From assembly GCF_025526975.1 (NCBI RefSeq), contig NW_026515702.1, positions 124,001-188,000 on the forward strand: a DNA stretch of 64,000 nt. Direction: 5' to 3'. Shown piece by piece: positions 23,877 through 36,120 of this stretch. The notes under the pieces are model-generated. The model was not told the origin of the DNA and did not search any database. It was given only the letters and a program-made list of their open reading frames with translations. Source of the DNA: Fimicolochytrium jonesii (Eukaryota). The position numbers and the translations under genes were made by a program. Each line of letters starts with the position of its first letter. The first letter of the stretch is position 1.

Positions 23877-26800
23877 GTACAATGTTTTGTCTTTTTGTAT
23901 CCCACGCATCGATATGCGATAGGCTTTTGCACACCAGGGAGGGAGGGGAGCGGCGTTCCTTGGATTAAGGCAACGTTCACGTTCACGTCCATGTTCATCC
24001 GCTAAGCCACGCAGTTCCTGATCGGAGTTCTCCGGGGTCTGACGTCTCGGAATGGAACGGCACAGAGGGAAGCTCAAGCACATTGATTTTTTTTTCCATC
24101 ACGGTCAAGACGGGCGAGGGGGCCAGGGGATGAAGCAAACTGGTAGAGGACTGCAAAGATGCGGTATTTCCTGTAAGTAATCGGGGGTAGATGCCAAATT
24201 ATCTGTGAGGTCCTCGGTTGCCGCGTTCCTGCATATGCCCGACACTCGGAGCTTACCCAGGAGGATATGCGTTGGTCTTTTGCACCATCGTTCAGAAACG
24301 CTCCTCGAGCATGGCAGTGGCATCCCATGGGCTAAAACACGTACCTACTCAGGAAACGACAGTCTCCTGGCGACCACACTCGACGGTGGGCTGGAGGTGA
24401 ACCCGCGTCCACAGCAATCGCATTAACCTGGAATTGTACTGATCCTTACTCTGCCGATAGCTTACTCTGACTGATAGCTTACTCTGCCGATCCTTTGCCC
24501 CAAAAGGCGCAACGCCATATCAAGGGCCTGGGCTGTCCCTCGATTATCCCGTGGTGTCGATATCCTATCAACAAACGTTCCTCCACGTTCTACCCTCCGA
24601 CACTCTTTCATCAACGCCGCCTCTCAAAATGGTGCTGTCTTCTCCCTTCCCAAGTTCAACCAAAGAGGGGGCGCACATAAACGAGGAAACCGGTAAGCTC
24701 CGTCAGAAGATTTCTCCTTACGTTTAACCAATTCCCGAAACAAAAGCCATTCACCTCCACGACAACCATGCCAAAACAACAGCAACAAGCAAAAGACAAA
24801 AAAGCAGCAGCCGCCACAAGCCTGGTTGCGGTACAGTACATCCTCGTACTGGTCTCCGAAGCGGCCTTGCGGATGACCGTGCCAAAACAAGATTATGAAG
24901 TGATCGAATTTCCCATCGTCGTAGGGGAAAGTCCTCTCTTGCGACATCATAGATACCGTCCGATTCCTACGTCCATCCAACGCTTCACTTTCACATCAGC
25001 CCGTTCTGTGCCGGCTTGACGGGCACCACCCACGGCCGAGGAACTCGCAAGCAAAGATACGATGGGGTGAACGAGGGTGCATAGTGACCTGCGAAGATTG
25101 GGATTTGGAGACATTTGCTCACGACACAGGCGAAGCGGGAAGAGTTGACGATGAGAGAGGCTTCTTCTGGGTAATTCTAGGTTGTAAACATGATGAATGG
25201 GGTGGGATTGGAGATTGAAGGGAAAACAACATCACTCGGGATTGGATGATTCCAAGAACTGAGCTTCCCGCGTCTGCACCACACGTCCCATCTGAACGCC
25301 TCGCGCCTCAAGCACGTCTTCCTTAGCGGCAAATGTCACACCAAACGCTCGTTCTCCTCTTCGCAGGACGATCGATCATGGCGGTGTTGTCCGATGAAAC
25401 TTGAATCTCGCCCTACATGTTGGTCCAGCTCTTCGTACCCCAGGAAACCGAGATTTCGCGAAAGTGGACTCCGCTTCGACAACGCCTCGTTGCAGAGCCC
25501 TTTTCGGACTCACACGCATACATACGCGAAAGAATACAAGCGCATACCCACATTACCGGCACCTCACACGCCGCCGCGGCCGTATGTTTCCAACCGACCA
25601 TGTTCATATAGGATATGGGCGTCGGACCCCTTGTATGCCCATCCGTGAAAAATGTTGTCGGCATGTTAGTATTGTCCGAAATGTCCGAGACGCAAGACGT
25701 GTCCAATGACGCGTTCAAACACTGAACGCGTGTGCGCTCGGCGCGTTTGCCAATGTCTTCCTGCCTACCTGATACGTTTTTTTTTCTTCTGTAAGAGGTT
25801 TCAATTTCACAGCGAGCGAAGCGAGTGCTCCAGGCTAGTGGCTGTTTACATACGCACACAACGCAGCCGTGGGGACTCCTTCCACTACTCATTTGCCATG
25901 TGCTTATTTCGAGTCTGATAAAGCGTTTGCATAATCGTACCTGCTGTCCATCGCACTCGATGACACCCGTACAGACGCCGATGGGGGCCCACCTATCCAG
26001 ACATCACAACAGAGTGCTGGAGGGCCCTACCTAGCGTTTGCATTCCACTGCACGAGCTTGGATCAAAATGAGATTAATAACCGTGAAGGAGATCCTTGCG
26101 ACCTCATTGTGTAGTGGTGCTTTTGGGGGCATGCATGCGCACACATACGCGGACCGCAAGCACGTGCCTCCCATCAGCGCCCAAATCTCGCAGGGCACCC
26201 CGCCCGCCTCCTATATGCCAATCGAGCCCGCCCCCATGTTCTCAAAAGAACCTTCACAGGGCGCCAGAGTGAACGTTGTCCCACATATCCGGAATGTCCC
26301 AAATTCCCCTGTCCGATAACGCGTGAAGGTACCACGCGCGCGATCGAGACGTTTTCCACTTTTCTTTTGGGGGGCAGCAACGTTGTGTCCCGCAAGCGCA
26401 TAACGCCACTGCATGGGGCTTCGTCGTCGGCCCACGCTGCGGCGGACTACTGCTACCACCCATGCGGCGCCTATGGGAGCGTGCCGACAGCCGGCAACTC
26501 ACAGTCCATCGAGGTCCTTCGATGCTAACGTGGTTTCGGTGGAACTGGACCTCCGGCGTCTCTGATGCTACTGAAGGGGGAGCCTGATCCATTCGAGGGC
26601 AGGGACACGCAGGCTGATGAATATCGGCGCTTTTTGCAAGTTTCAACAAACGCCCGGCAATCGTGCCAGGTGCCTACAAGCGAAAAGCACCGCCCACGGA
26701 CACCGTCTCCGCGAAAGATGAAAGATGTCCCCATTCCGGGATCCCAGAAGCGAGGCGGGTGTCGTTACGGCTCCTCCGTCTCTCCTCCGCCTGCACGACC

Positions 26801-29478
26801 GGGGTAGGTTTCGGTGGTTTGCCAGAGTGCTCAGATCCATCCCCTTCCCCTACCCCCGCCATGACGCGGTGGGTTTGCTTTGCTGTGGGGGCCTGTTTGG
26901 TGGACGCGGAACGGGTCGCGGGCTCCCTTTTATCGGGGGTGCGGTTTCCGAACACCCCTCCTTTTAAGGCAGGTCAAGAATAAGTACTGTATGCTTTCCT
27001 ACCGGTCCGTGTATACACCGTTGCGAGGGATAAACGAAATTCCAGACTCGGTCCATTTCTGTTCGGGATGTTGAATCACCCCGTGGCAGTTTCGCGGTTC
27101 GCGTTCCGGGTGTGGATGCGATGCAGATGATTTACGGGCGGGGGGAGGGGGGCATGCTCATTGCTCTTGATGTTTTGTACTCAGGCCCAGCGAAACGTTG
27201 GGATTCCGTGCGCTGGGCATTTGTTGTTGTGGAATGATGAGGTCTGGCCAGGTTCGGAGGGTCCGACGATCCTGCAAGCTTTGACTCGTTCGACAACCAC
27301 ACGCACGCTGTCGAACTCGGCGGCGTCCACTCTCGTGCTTCTGAACACGTTTCCCCCTCGATTGGCTGCCGATGCCGGCAGTCCACGATAGCCACGACTC
27401 CCCAACCACACCTCCGTTGGTGCCCTTACCAGTTACCAGATCAACCCTGCAAGTTCATCATCCGCGGATGTAATAAGCCTACGGATGCACGCACAACGGC
27501 CAAAACCGGCCGCCTGTATCACCCACCTTCTGCCACTTTCATTTCCGCGACAAGCCCTGATGAGTGCGACGTTGGTGTCGTGTCGTGGTTGATGTCTCGT
27601 CTCTTGCCAGAATGACGGCAGAAGAAACAACTGTCGATTTCCTCGCGGTCGCACCGAGCTCCGGCGGTTCCCTCATACAACAGTTTGCGGCCTCCACTGC
27701 TTTTCGGGTCGTCTGGAGATATGAGCACATGTATCCAGGTGGTCCACAAACCTGGCCCAGAATTATGGCCACAAAGGAAAGGAGCGCAATCGCGTCGCGT
27801 CACGAGGGCGCTTTTTTGAACGTCGCACAAGCCGCTTTGATAACGTTCCTCGCCGATTGGGACGTCTGGAAGGCGGTAACGAGGGACCGAGCACCGGGTG
27901 AGAAGGAGGTGTGGGACTGCGTTTTGGGAGACTGCGAGCGTCTTTTCCCAGAGGCGAAAGAGAGTCGGGAGAGAGACAAGGCGTGTGCATACTGTATATG
28001 TATGTCGAGGCAGAAGAAGCATACCTTCCCTCCTTCACAAGTATGGCGGGCAAATATCCCTCGTATCCGCATGTCTGTGTTGGCTGTCATCATGCTCCTG
28101 TTCTGCGTTGGGGTTCCCGAGCCGTGTGCATCGGAAACGAACCTTGAGACACGGCGTTACCCATGTGGACACGTCTGTCGCCCCCTACGCGTTACTGATG
28201 CGTTCTGTACTGTACCTACTACTGACGAGTTTCGTACCGTTGTCCATGTGGTCCAAACCTCTACTCCGCGGGCATTGCTCTACTCTACATATCTATGACC
28301 GAAGCGATATTTCAGATTTCTGAGAGTGTGTCGGAGGTGGTAATTCTCGCACACCAAGTGACAGTAACGCTGCCCACTTTGGGAATTTCGGAGAGACGGA
28401 AGGGAGTTCCTGCCTCGCACAAAGTACATAGCGGTGGGCTCGGGAGACGAGCCAAGGCCCTTTACGACCGTCCGAAGTTGATGCAGCTCTCATTTCCGAA
28501 TCAAGGCTGCTTGCCATTGTGTGAACAAGGTTCCGACCACCCACCAGTTTACTCGCGCGATCGACAATCAAATCAAAGAGTGGGCGCTACATCACATCAC
28601 GCATACGACAGTACGGCAACACCCAGCCGGTAAAAGCAAGTCTGGACGTCAACGCCCCACGATCGCCAACCGGCAGAAGTGACGCCGGAGGATAGACACT
28701 CTGTGGTCGAGTCCCTTGCCCATTTGCAGGAGTAGTACACCTCCGGAAAGCCCGGCAAAAGTTCCAGACGAAAGGGATTTGCATCATCAGGCTCTCAATC
28801 CACGCAGTTCCGCCACGGCTTACGGCTCGTCGTTGAGCCTATCTATCGTGGTTTTTTTTTCACTCTGTTGCTGGGAGAGAGGAGAGACATATACGGCGGT
28901 CATCATCGCGTACGCAGCTGGGAGAGTATTCTTGTCTGAATACGTAGTAGGACGTAGTAGTAGTCTGTGTGTGTGTTATAGGACCCCACATCTTTTGCAC
29001 TCTGAGAGAGAGCGAACCGACGGATTGGCGCGCCGCTCTCTTTGGCCCCTTGCGCTTCTTGCTCTTCTTGCTACAGACAGGCAGACAGAACAGACACAAG
29101 ATAAAGGTGCCCAGGCTTCATCCCGCTCAACGACAACAACACCCACCACCCACCCACCTTGATCGAGGGCGCTGCACTCTTCCTTCTTTGCGCCGGTAGT
29201 GGTTCGCCACACTCTCCTTCCCTGTCTTGCTTGCGTCTTGTGGCTTTTTCCTCGCTTCTGTCGTCGTACAGCACTCGCACAGCACACTCTCACACCCCTC
29301 TCCTCCTCAACGCACACAACCACCACAACATCCCACTGGTACAAGGGGGGTACGAAGCCGCTCTTCGAAGTTTACGCCCGCCCGCCCCCAGTGTTCCGTT
29401 CCGGCCGCAAACTCAGCTGCAGTACCGGCGAAAGCGTGTAGGGCGAGCGAGAGAGAAAAGAGATAATAAGAAGCAACC

Positions 29479-30191
29479 ATGGACTTGTCGGCGGCGGCGC
29501 TGCAGCACGCTTTTCACCAGCAGCAACTGCAATTGCACCACCACCACCACCACCACCACCAACAGCAACAGCAACAGCAGCAGCAACAGCAGCAACAATA
29601 CCCGCCACCCCCGCCACACCTCCAGTCCCAGCATTCTCAGCAGCATTCTCAGCAACCGGAGCAACAGCAGCAGCAGCAGCCATTCCATCCCATGCTCGCC
29701 GAACACCCACACCCGCACACCCACCATCACCCCCAACCCCCCTACGCCGCAACCCCCACCGGGCGAATCGGCCCGGGCTCCCTCGGCAACCTACACATTC
29801 AACTCCCCTCCCAACAACAATCCTTCCAAACCCCGCACCACCTCGTCACGACCCCCACAACCCCGCTCACCTCGCCCCTCCCCTACCACTATGCCGCCGC
29901 CAGCGCAGGCGCAATCCCGCACCATGAGGACTTTGAATACTCCCTCGACATGCAGCCGCCACCGGCCAAACGCCGCTTCTCCGTCGACGTGTTGAGGGAT
30001 CGGCGGCTGTCCACTTCCTCGACGGCGAGCAACTCGTCGTTGGTGGCGGGCGCGGCCGCGGCGATGGCGGCGGCGACGTTGAGCCCGTCCGTGCCGGGGA
30101 TGAGTGCCGCGCAACAGGCGGCCGCGTATGGTTATTTTGGGATGAACCCGCATGGGATGGATATGGCGCAGCAGCAACAGACGCAAGCACA

Positions 30192-30234
<43 letters not shown>

Positions 30235-32575
30235 CAACAGCAGTTTGCCTTTGGGCATTTTGCGAATACGTCGGCGTCGACGTTGGGGTTTTTGCCGGAG
30301 GAGGATGAGAATGAAGCCAATGCTGCTGCGCAGGGACTTGGTGGGTTGGGGGTGGGGCATCAGAGTCAAACGTAAGTACCGCCGCTGGCCTCAGTGTGAG
30401 AGTTTTAGAATCTACTCTTCGTACCGAATGTTTAAGCTCAATGCGCGCTCTCTCCATTTGCAATCTAGTGACCTGTCTATGACGATCGTTCCAGACGGTT
30501 TGGCCACACCTCCAGCAGGCGGGTTACCACCCACAAACTCGGACTCAGCCCGGCGAGGTTCCCAGGCTTCCATCACGGTAGCGACGCCACCAGCCACCGA
30601 CAGCAACGCCTCAACGCCGGCCACGGCCCCACCAGCGAGCGGGGGCCCACGACCCGGCCACGTCTCCAAGAAGCGAGCCCGCGCTACCCCAGAACAACTG
30701 GCCATCCTCGAAGAAACTTTCAAAACCCATCCGTCGCCCAACGCCCACCTGCGCGAACTGCTCTCGCATAAAGTGCAAATGAGCGAGCGGTCCGTGCAGA
30801 TCTGGTTCCAGAACCGGCGAGCGAAGGTAAAGTTGATGGCGAAGAAGAAGGCCGCGGACACGTCGGCGGACCCAAACAACATCGACATCGATACCTCGGT
30901 CTTGCCCTCCGCGGATAACATCAACATGCACCACCACTCATCGGTGTCCCCGGTCCACCCCAATGCGTCAAAGGCCTACACAATGGCACAGCAACACGCC
31001 CTGATGGCCAATTCGAATGGAGCCAACGCGTTCGTGTTTGGAGCCAAGCCCGGGTTGTTCAGGTCGCATAGTATCGACTATTCCGCCCTCCCGCATTCGG
31101 GCGCGCTCACACCCGATAATGGGTACAAGTCCACGAACGGGATGGACCTTACCGGGTTCAACGCTGCGGAACTCAATTTGAACGGCACCACAACCACCAC
31201 CACTAACCTATTCGACACCCTCCTCCCCGACACCCAATCAGTAAACGGCCTAACAACCTCCCCAACCTCCTCCCTCCCCTCCTCCCCCTGGAAGCAACCG
31301 CAACCCCCCAGCGCAAAGCGCGCAACTACCCGCCTAACAGCCGACTCCCTCACAATCGGCACCTGGCGCCGCGTCCCCATCGCCTCGGACGACCTGATCG
31401 TCACCGTGCACCTCACACCCACCGACCCGAGCCTAGCAGGCATGCCCAACCTCCCCGTCAACGGCGCCCGCATGGTCGTGTACACCATTGCGGAGGGCGC
31501 GGCGCGGTTCAGGATTGTCGTCCCGCTCACGCACATCATGGCTGCGTGGTATGAGCAAGTGGATGCGAGCACGGCGCAGATGAATCTGGATCTGTTGATG
31601 CCCCCGACGTTCTATATGGTCTGTAATGCGCCGGGGCAGGCTGGGACTGCAACACCCGCTGCTGCGTCGAGTACTACGGATGCCCCAACGACGACGGAAC
31701 CCAAATCGGAGGACGAGCCAGCGGATACACTGGCCGTGAAACCGGCCGCTGACTCGAGCAGAAGTGCGTCCGCGTCCCCCGTCGACCCCGCCGCAATCCC
31801 CTCCAACACCTCCTCCTCCACCCAACCCTCCCCTGTCTCCGCCCCTGCCCCCGCACCCCCAACAACAACATCCACAACCCCAACCCCCACCCCCACACCC
31901 CCCCAATGGACCCAATGCCGCGATTTCACCGAATCAACCCAAGCCACCCACATCCTCCGCCACGTCATCCGCGGCCCCTCAGCTTCACTCTTAGCTGAAT
32001 GGGCAGCTATCCGCAACATGGACCCCCACATCAACGCCGTCACACGGTTCCCGACCACCAACAACAACACCGCGGCGATGACGCTTGTGGGAATGACGCT
32101 ACCGGTCCACCCAACGGCACCGCTGAGGAACCGACGGCCGAGTTACAACCCTAACCGCCGACCATCATTCTATCGCGCGAATACGTACCACCCACATATG
32201 CAGCAGCAAACACAGCAGATGAGCAACGCGGCGGCGTCGGCGTACATGGCCTCGTCGGGACTGGGCGGCGGCGCGCGCAGCCCGGGGTATGAGCAGCCGA
32301 TGGTGGGGAACGCGGGCGCGATGTTGATGATGAAGAACGCGGGGATGTACGCGGGTGCGGGTGCGGGCGGGGTCAACAACCCCCACGGCAATCATGTGGG
32401 CAACATGATGTTGAATATGAACTCGGCGAGGAGGCATTCGACACCGGCCCTGTCGCAGTACCCGCATCCTGCGGCGAGTCCGTACCAGGGGCAGCAGGCT
32501 GGGTTTGTCGGGCATGCTGAGATGTATGGGGGGTATGCGAATGGGGCTTATGGTGTCGGTGGAGTTGTGCAGCAG

Positions 32576-32613
<38 letters not shown>

Positions 32614-33034
32614 GAGACACCCGTTGGCGCAGCAGACGTTCGAGAGTCCGGAGGAGGAGGGTGGGGAGCCGGGGAGGTTTGAGTTCACCAACAATGCTAT
32701 GGGGGACGATCCGAACGCGGGTGGACAACAAGCACAAACGCAGGAAATGAATTTGAATGATTTCATCACCATGGACACCCACAACCTGAGTGGGTCCGCC
32801 ACGAACATCCCTGGAACACGGGAGTATGCCGACGTCTTGGCGGAATTCACCAACGCGCATGACGGGACGAGTTTCAATGGGTTGGCGAACGATGGCAAGG
32901 CGATGATGGGGTTTGCGGCCCCCGGGATGCAGAGCATGGGCATGGACGCCCAGCAGTCGTTGCAGCAGACGACGACGATGGAGGATGCGTTTATCAGTGC
33001 TATTACGCATGTTGAGGAGGATTTGGCTATGTGA
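29479..33034 (+). CDS. Homeodomain transcription factor, Pho2-like (exons 29479-30371, 30469-33034)
   Basis: Homeodomain KKRARATPEQL...VQIWFQNRRAK. Pho2-family C-terminal blocks SLTIGTWRRV and WTQCRDFTE..QA. PolyQ/polyH tracts. The GT-AG intron 30372-30468 joins the two frames. Confidence 0.9.
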
Positions 33035-34148
33035 ATGTGTTATTTTGCATTCATGGAGCCCGATGCGGGGTGTTGACGCCCCGCTTCCTACTTCATCGAC
33101 CATATCAAGCTTTTTGGACCCCGACTTAATCAGCGTCGCCTTGAAATCCCCCCATCGCACATCGTCGACTTGATCAGCGTCGCCTCTCTCCGTTCGCACT
33201 CGCATTTCACCCGCCACTCGACTCGACGAGATGGGCACTCACTGGGGCTCCCCGATGGAGCCCTCGTTTTTTTGGGGTTTCTCTCCTTCATGCATGTCCC
33301 GCATTTCCCACACCACACCGTCACGCTGTCACCTTTTGCATTTGCATTTCCACGCCCCACGCTGTACAGCATATGTATCCACCCTTCACACGCACGCACA
33401 ATTCATCTTTTCGACACTCCACCCCCTTTCACGCCATCACACACTTTCGATTCAACATTCATCTGTGTCTTATCAACCACCATCGACACACTCGCACACC
33501 TCCCCCCGAACCCCCTTTCAGTACCCCCACCGCCATTTCAGTAGTACCCTTGGTTCCGCCCCCACCCCCGGGACGTTTCTTTCGCCGATCCTTTCCCCAC
33601 CCCTTTTCGGCTCCCCCTTATCCGCACCGCAACAAAACAAACGGTTTCGGGGCAATTCATGAGAACATCTGTTTAGTTTCCCCCCCATCTTTTTTTTTTT
33701 TCCATTCGCGCGGCGTCGACGCCTACCCTGTTCTTTTCATGCATTTGACTTGCAACACTTTTCTTTCTTTCGACGTTTTCTTTTTTTTTTTCTCTTTCTT
33801 AATTTTTCCCCCCTTTTGTCGCTTCCATGTACATCAATTACTCACAAGACGAATATTGAATATGAAAATAATCTGACCGAAGGTTTTGGGGATGCGCTGT
33901 TGTACTGTAGCACGGAGAAACAGGACTGACGACTGATACGCCTGGCCCGGTCCATGGTTCGCCGCTGTCCGGAGAGTGGATTCATGCATATGGACGCAAA
34001 CGTGAGATGCGTTTTCCAAAGTGACAAAGCATTGACGGCATGGCATATACGGCAGATACGTTTTCCAAAGTGTTCGTTGCGCAAATCGGCACACACATAT
34101 GCAGCAAAACGTTGTGACAGCAGGACTCGAGAAAAAGCGAAAAAAGAG

Positions 34149-34231
34149 TGACGAGAGTGGGATTTGAACCCACGCCTCCGGAGAGATCAGGGCCTTAACC
34201 TGACGCCTTAGACCAACTCGGCCATCTCGCC
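34149..34231 (-). tRNA. tRNA-Leu (AAG)
   Basis: Reverse complement reads GGCGAGATGGCCGAGTTGGTCTAAGGCG-TCAGG-TTAAGGC-CCTGA, long variable arm, then GGGTTCAAATCCCACTCTCGTCA followed by a T-tract. Confidence 0.96.
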
Positions 34232-35418
34232 TTGATGAATGCAAGGTGTCTGGCAAGAAACACATATTATATAAGTAGCACTAAGATGACCCTCGCAATA
34301 CCTGTCCCGGCTAATGCAATGGTTGTCGATGAGGTTGTGGTACCTGTTGCGATGGAGGAGGTCAGCGTTGGTGGTGGTTGCGAACACCGGGAGTGGCAGA
34401 TGTGCGGGTTGCAGCCCGCAATACGCCGCTTGCTGTGGAGACGTACGTCCTTCTTCTACCACTGTTCACCGGTTAATAATCTACCACAAACTAACTTTTC
34501 TAGTTCCCTCTAATGTGAAACAGGTGGAACAGGCCCAGCAATGGCAGGAACAGCACAACCAGTATCAGGCACAGTTCCACCAGCAATAGCAGTGGCCTTC
34601 ACAGCAACAGTAGGCGAGCGGGGAATGGGATTATGGATGGTTGCAACGCAAAATATCGACATCAGTACACGCAACACGACTGTGGCGATCTTCGCAACAA
34701 CTATTGCGAAGACAGCAATGAGGGAGCTGGACGTTCGGATATGTTCTACTACGCTTGCGCTCCAGCAAATCTTTGTGCACGAGCGGTATGCGGAACCAAT
34801 GAGGAGGGGAGTGACTGGAAGTAGGAATGGGACGCGCAATGGGGATGGGAATGGAAGTTTCAATGGGCATGGTGGGAATGGGGCCGACGGGAGGGGCAGG
34901 ACGGCGGCCACCTTGCTATGCCGTGACATTGCAAAGGGAAGACAGATCCAAAAAACACGGCAGACTGGACCTGCGCCTGGCAAATTGTGTACCGTGGGAA
35001 GGGGATGTATGGGCAGTCACCGCCGTCGACCGCCTGACAACAGCACTACTACCGGCAACAGCAGTCGTATGGGCAGTCTGACATGCCGGCATCTGTATCC
35101 GAGAGAGCGTAAGAACGCAGCAACATTAACTGCAACATGCCCACATGTATACGCAGACGCAGACCCCGTACTTTTTCGCCTCCTCATCACCGCCTTCGCG
35201 CACTCCGCGACTCCAACATATGAAGGATGCGAAAATTCTCGTGAAACGGGTCCGGCTTGCGGTCGCAGGCGAACATCAAGTGACAGGAACGCTAGCAAGA
35301 ACAACCCCGCCACGGCCCTACCGCTCCTCCTCCTACGAACCCGCCATTGTTGTTCCCGTACACTTACCCTCCCCATCCGTTCCCACACAATTCCATTTCG
35401 CACAACCACGCTTATCGA

Positions 35419-36120
35419 ATGAGAGCGTCACCCGAAGACCCGTAGAAGGCATGTGCTCTTGTGGGAAGCAATCACAAACAACGAGCTGTGGCGACGACGG
35501 CTGATATCACCGGAAAAACCAGCTGTGCGAGCAAAGGCCTTGTTGGGGCTCTCGGGAGCATCGAGGCATTTGCTCGCACGGTCGGTAGGCGGCGTATCTG
35601 CGATTCAGCGCGGCGGGTGGGACGGTGTCCGGGCAGGCCGACAGGATGCCGTACAACACACGCGCATTGAAGTACACGCAATAAACGATCGGAGCTCTAT
35701 GCGGAAGAAAAGTCTCGGCGACAGTCCGCAGACTTACCGTGGCTCATATTGTTACCATCCGGATGCAGGAGCGGATGGCTTGCGTCTAGACCTTCTGGAT
35801 AGATTGGGCCCACAACCAGCCCGCGGTACACCCACCGTCGTATTGCACTTCACCATCAAGAGAATGATCCAGTTATGTTAGAGAACGGAGAGCTTTTGAT
35901 CAATCAGCAAGTGTGGAGTGGGGTCGGAGTGTACACTGCCTCGGAGATTCTCTGTCGTGCAGGTAAGGGTCTTTTGTACTAGTCTTTCTGATGAAAGCTT
36001 ATTGTCTTTGAAATAGGTATTGATCCGCACTATCCTGCCAAGCTTGTCTACAAGTCCGAAACATTATTGGACAGGCTTGTTGGGGCGTTCAAGGACCACG
36101 CATTGCAGCCACCTCTTCTA
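35419..36120 (+). pseudogene. Fpg/Nei-family DNA glycosylase-like relic (H2TH domain), frameshifted
   Basis: H2TH-like LLINQQVWSGVGVYTASEILCRAG|IDPHYPA is spliced across intron 35963-36016. The upstream frame holds VRAKALL and LDRLGPQP, resembling the RRAKYL and LGPEP motifs. Confidence 0.62.

Noticed and set aside
27564..28298. 244-aa ORF upstream of the homeobox gene
   Set aside because: No motif, host-like codon pattern or splice support; treated as intergenic or regulatory DNA.
29372..33238. Antisense and alternate-frame ORFs rich in poly-Leu, Cys, Ala or Ser
   Set aside because: They are shadows of the CAG/CAA polyQ tracts of the homeobox gene.
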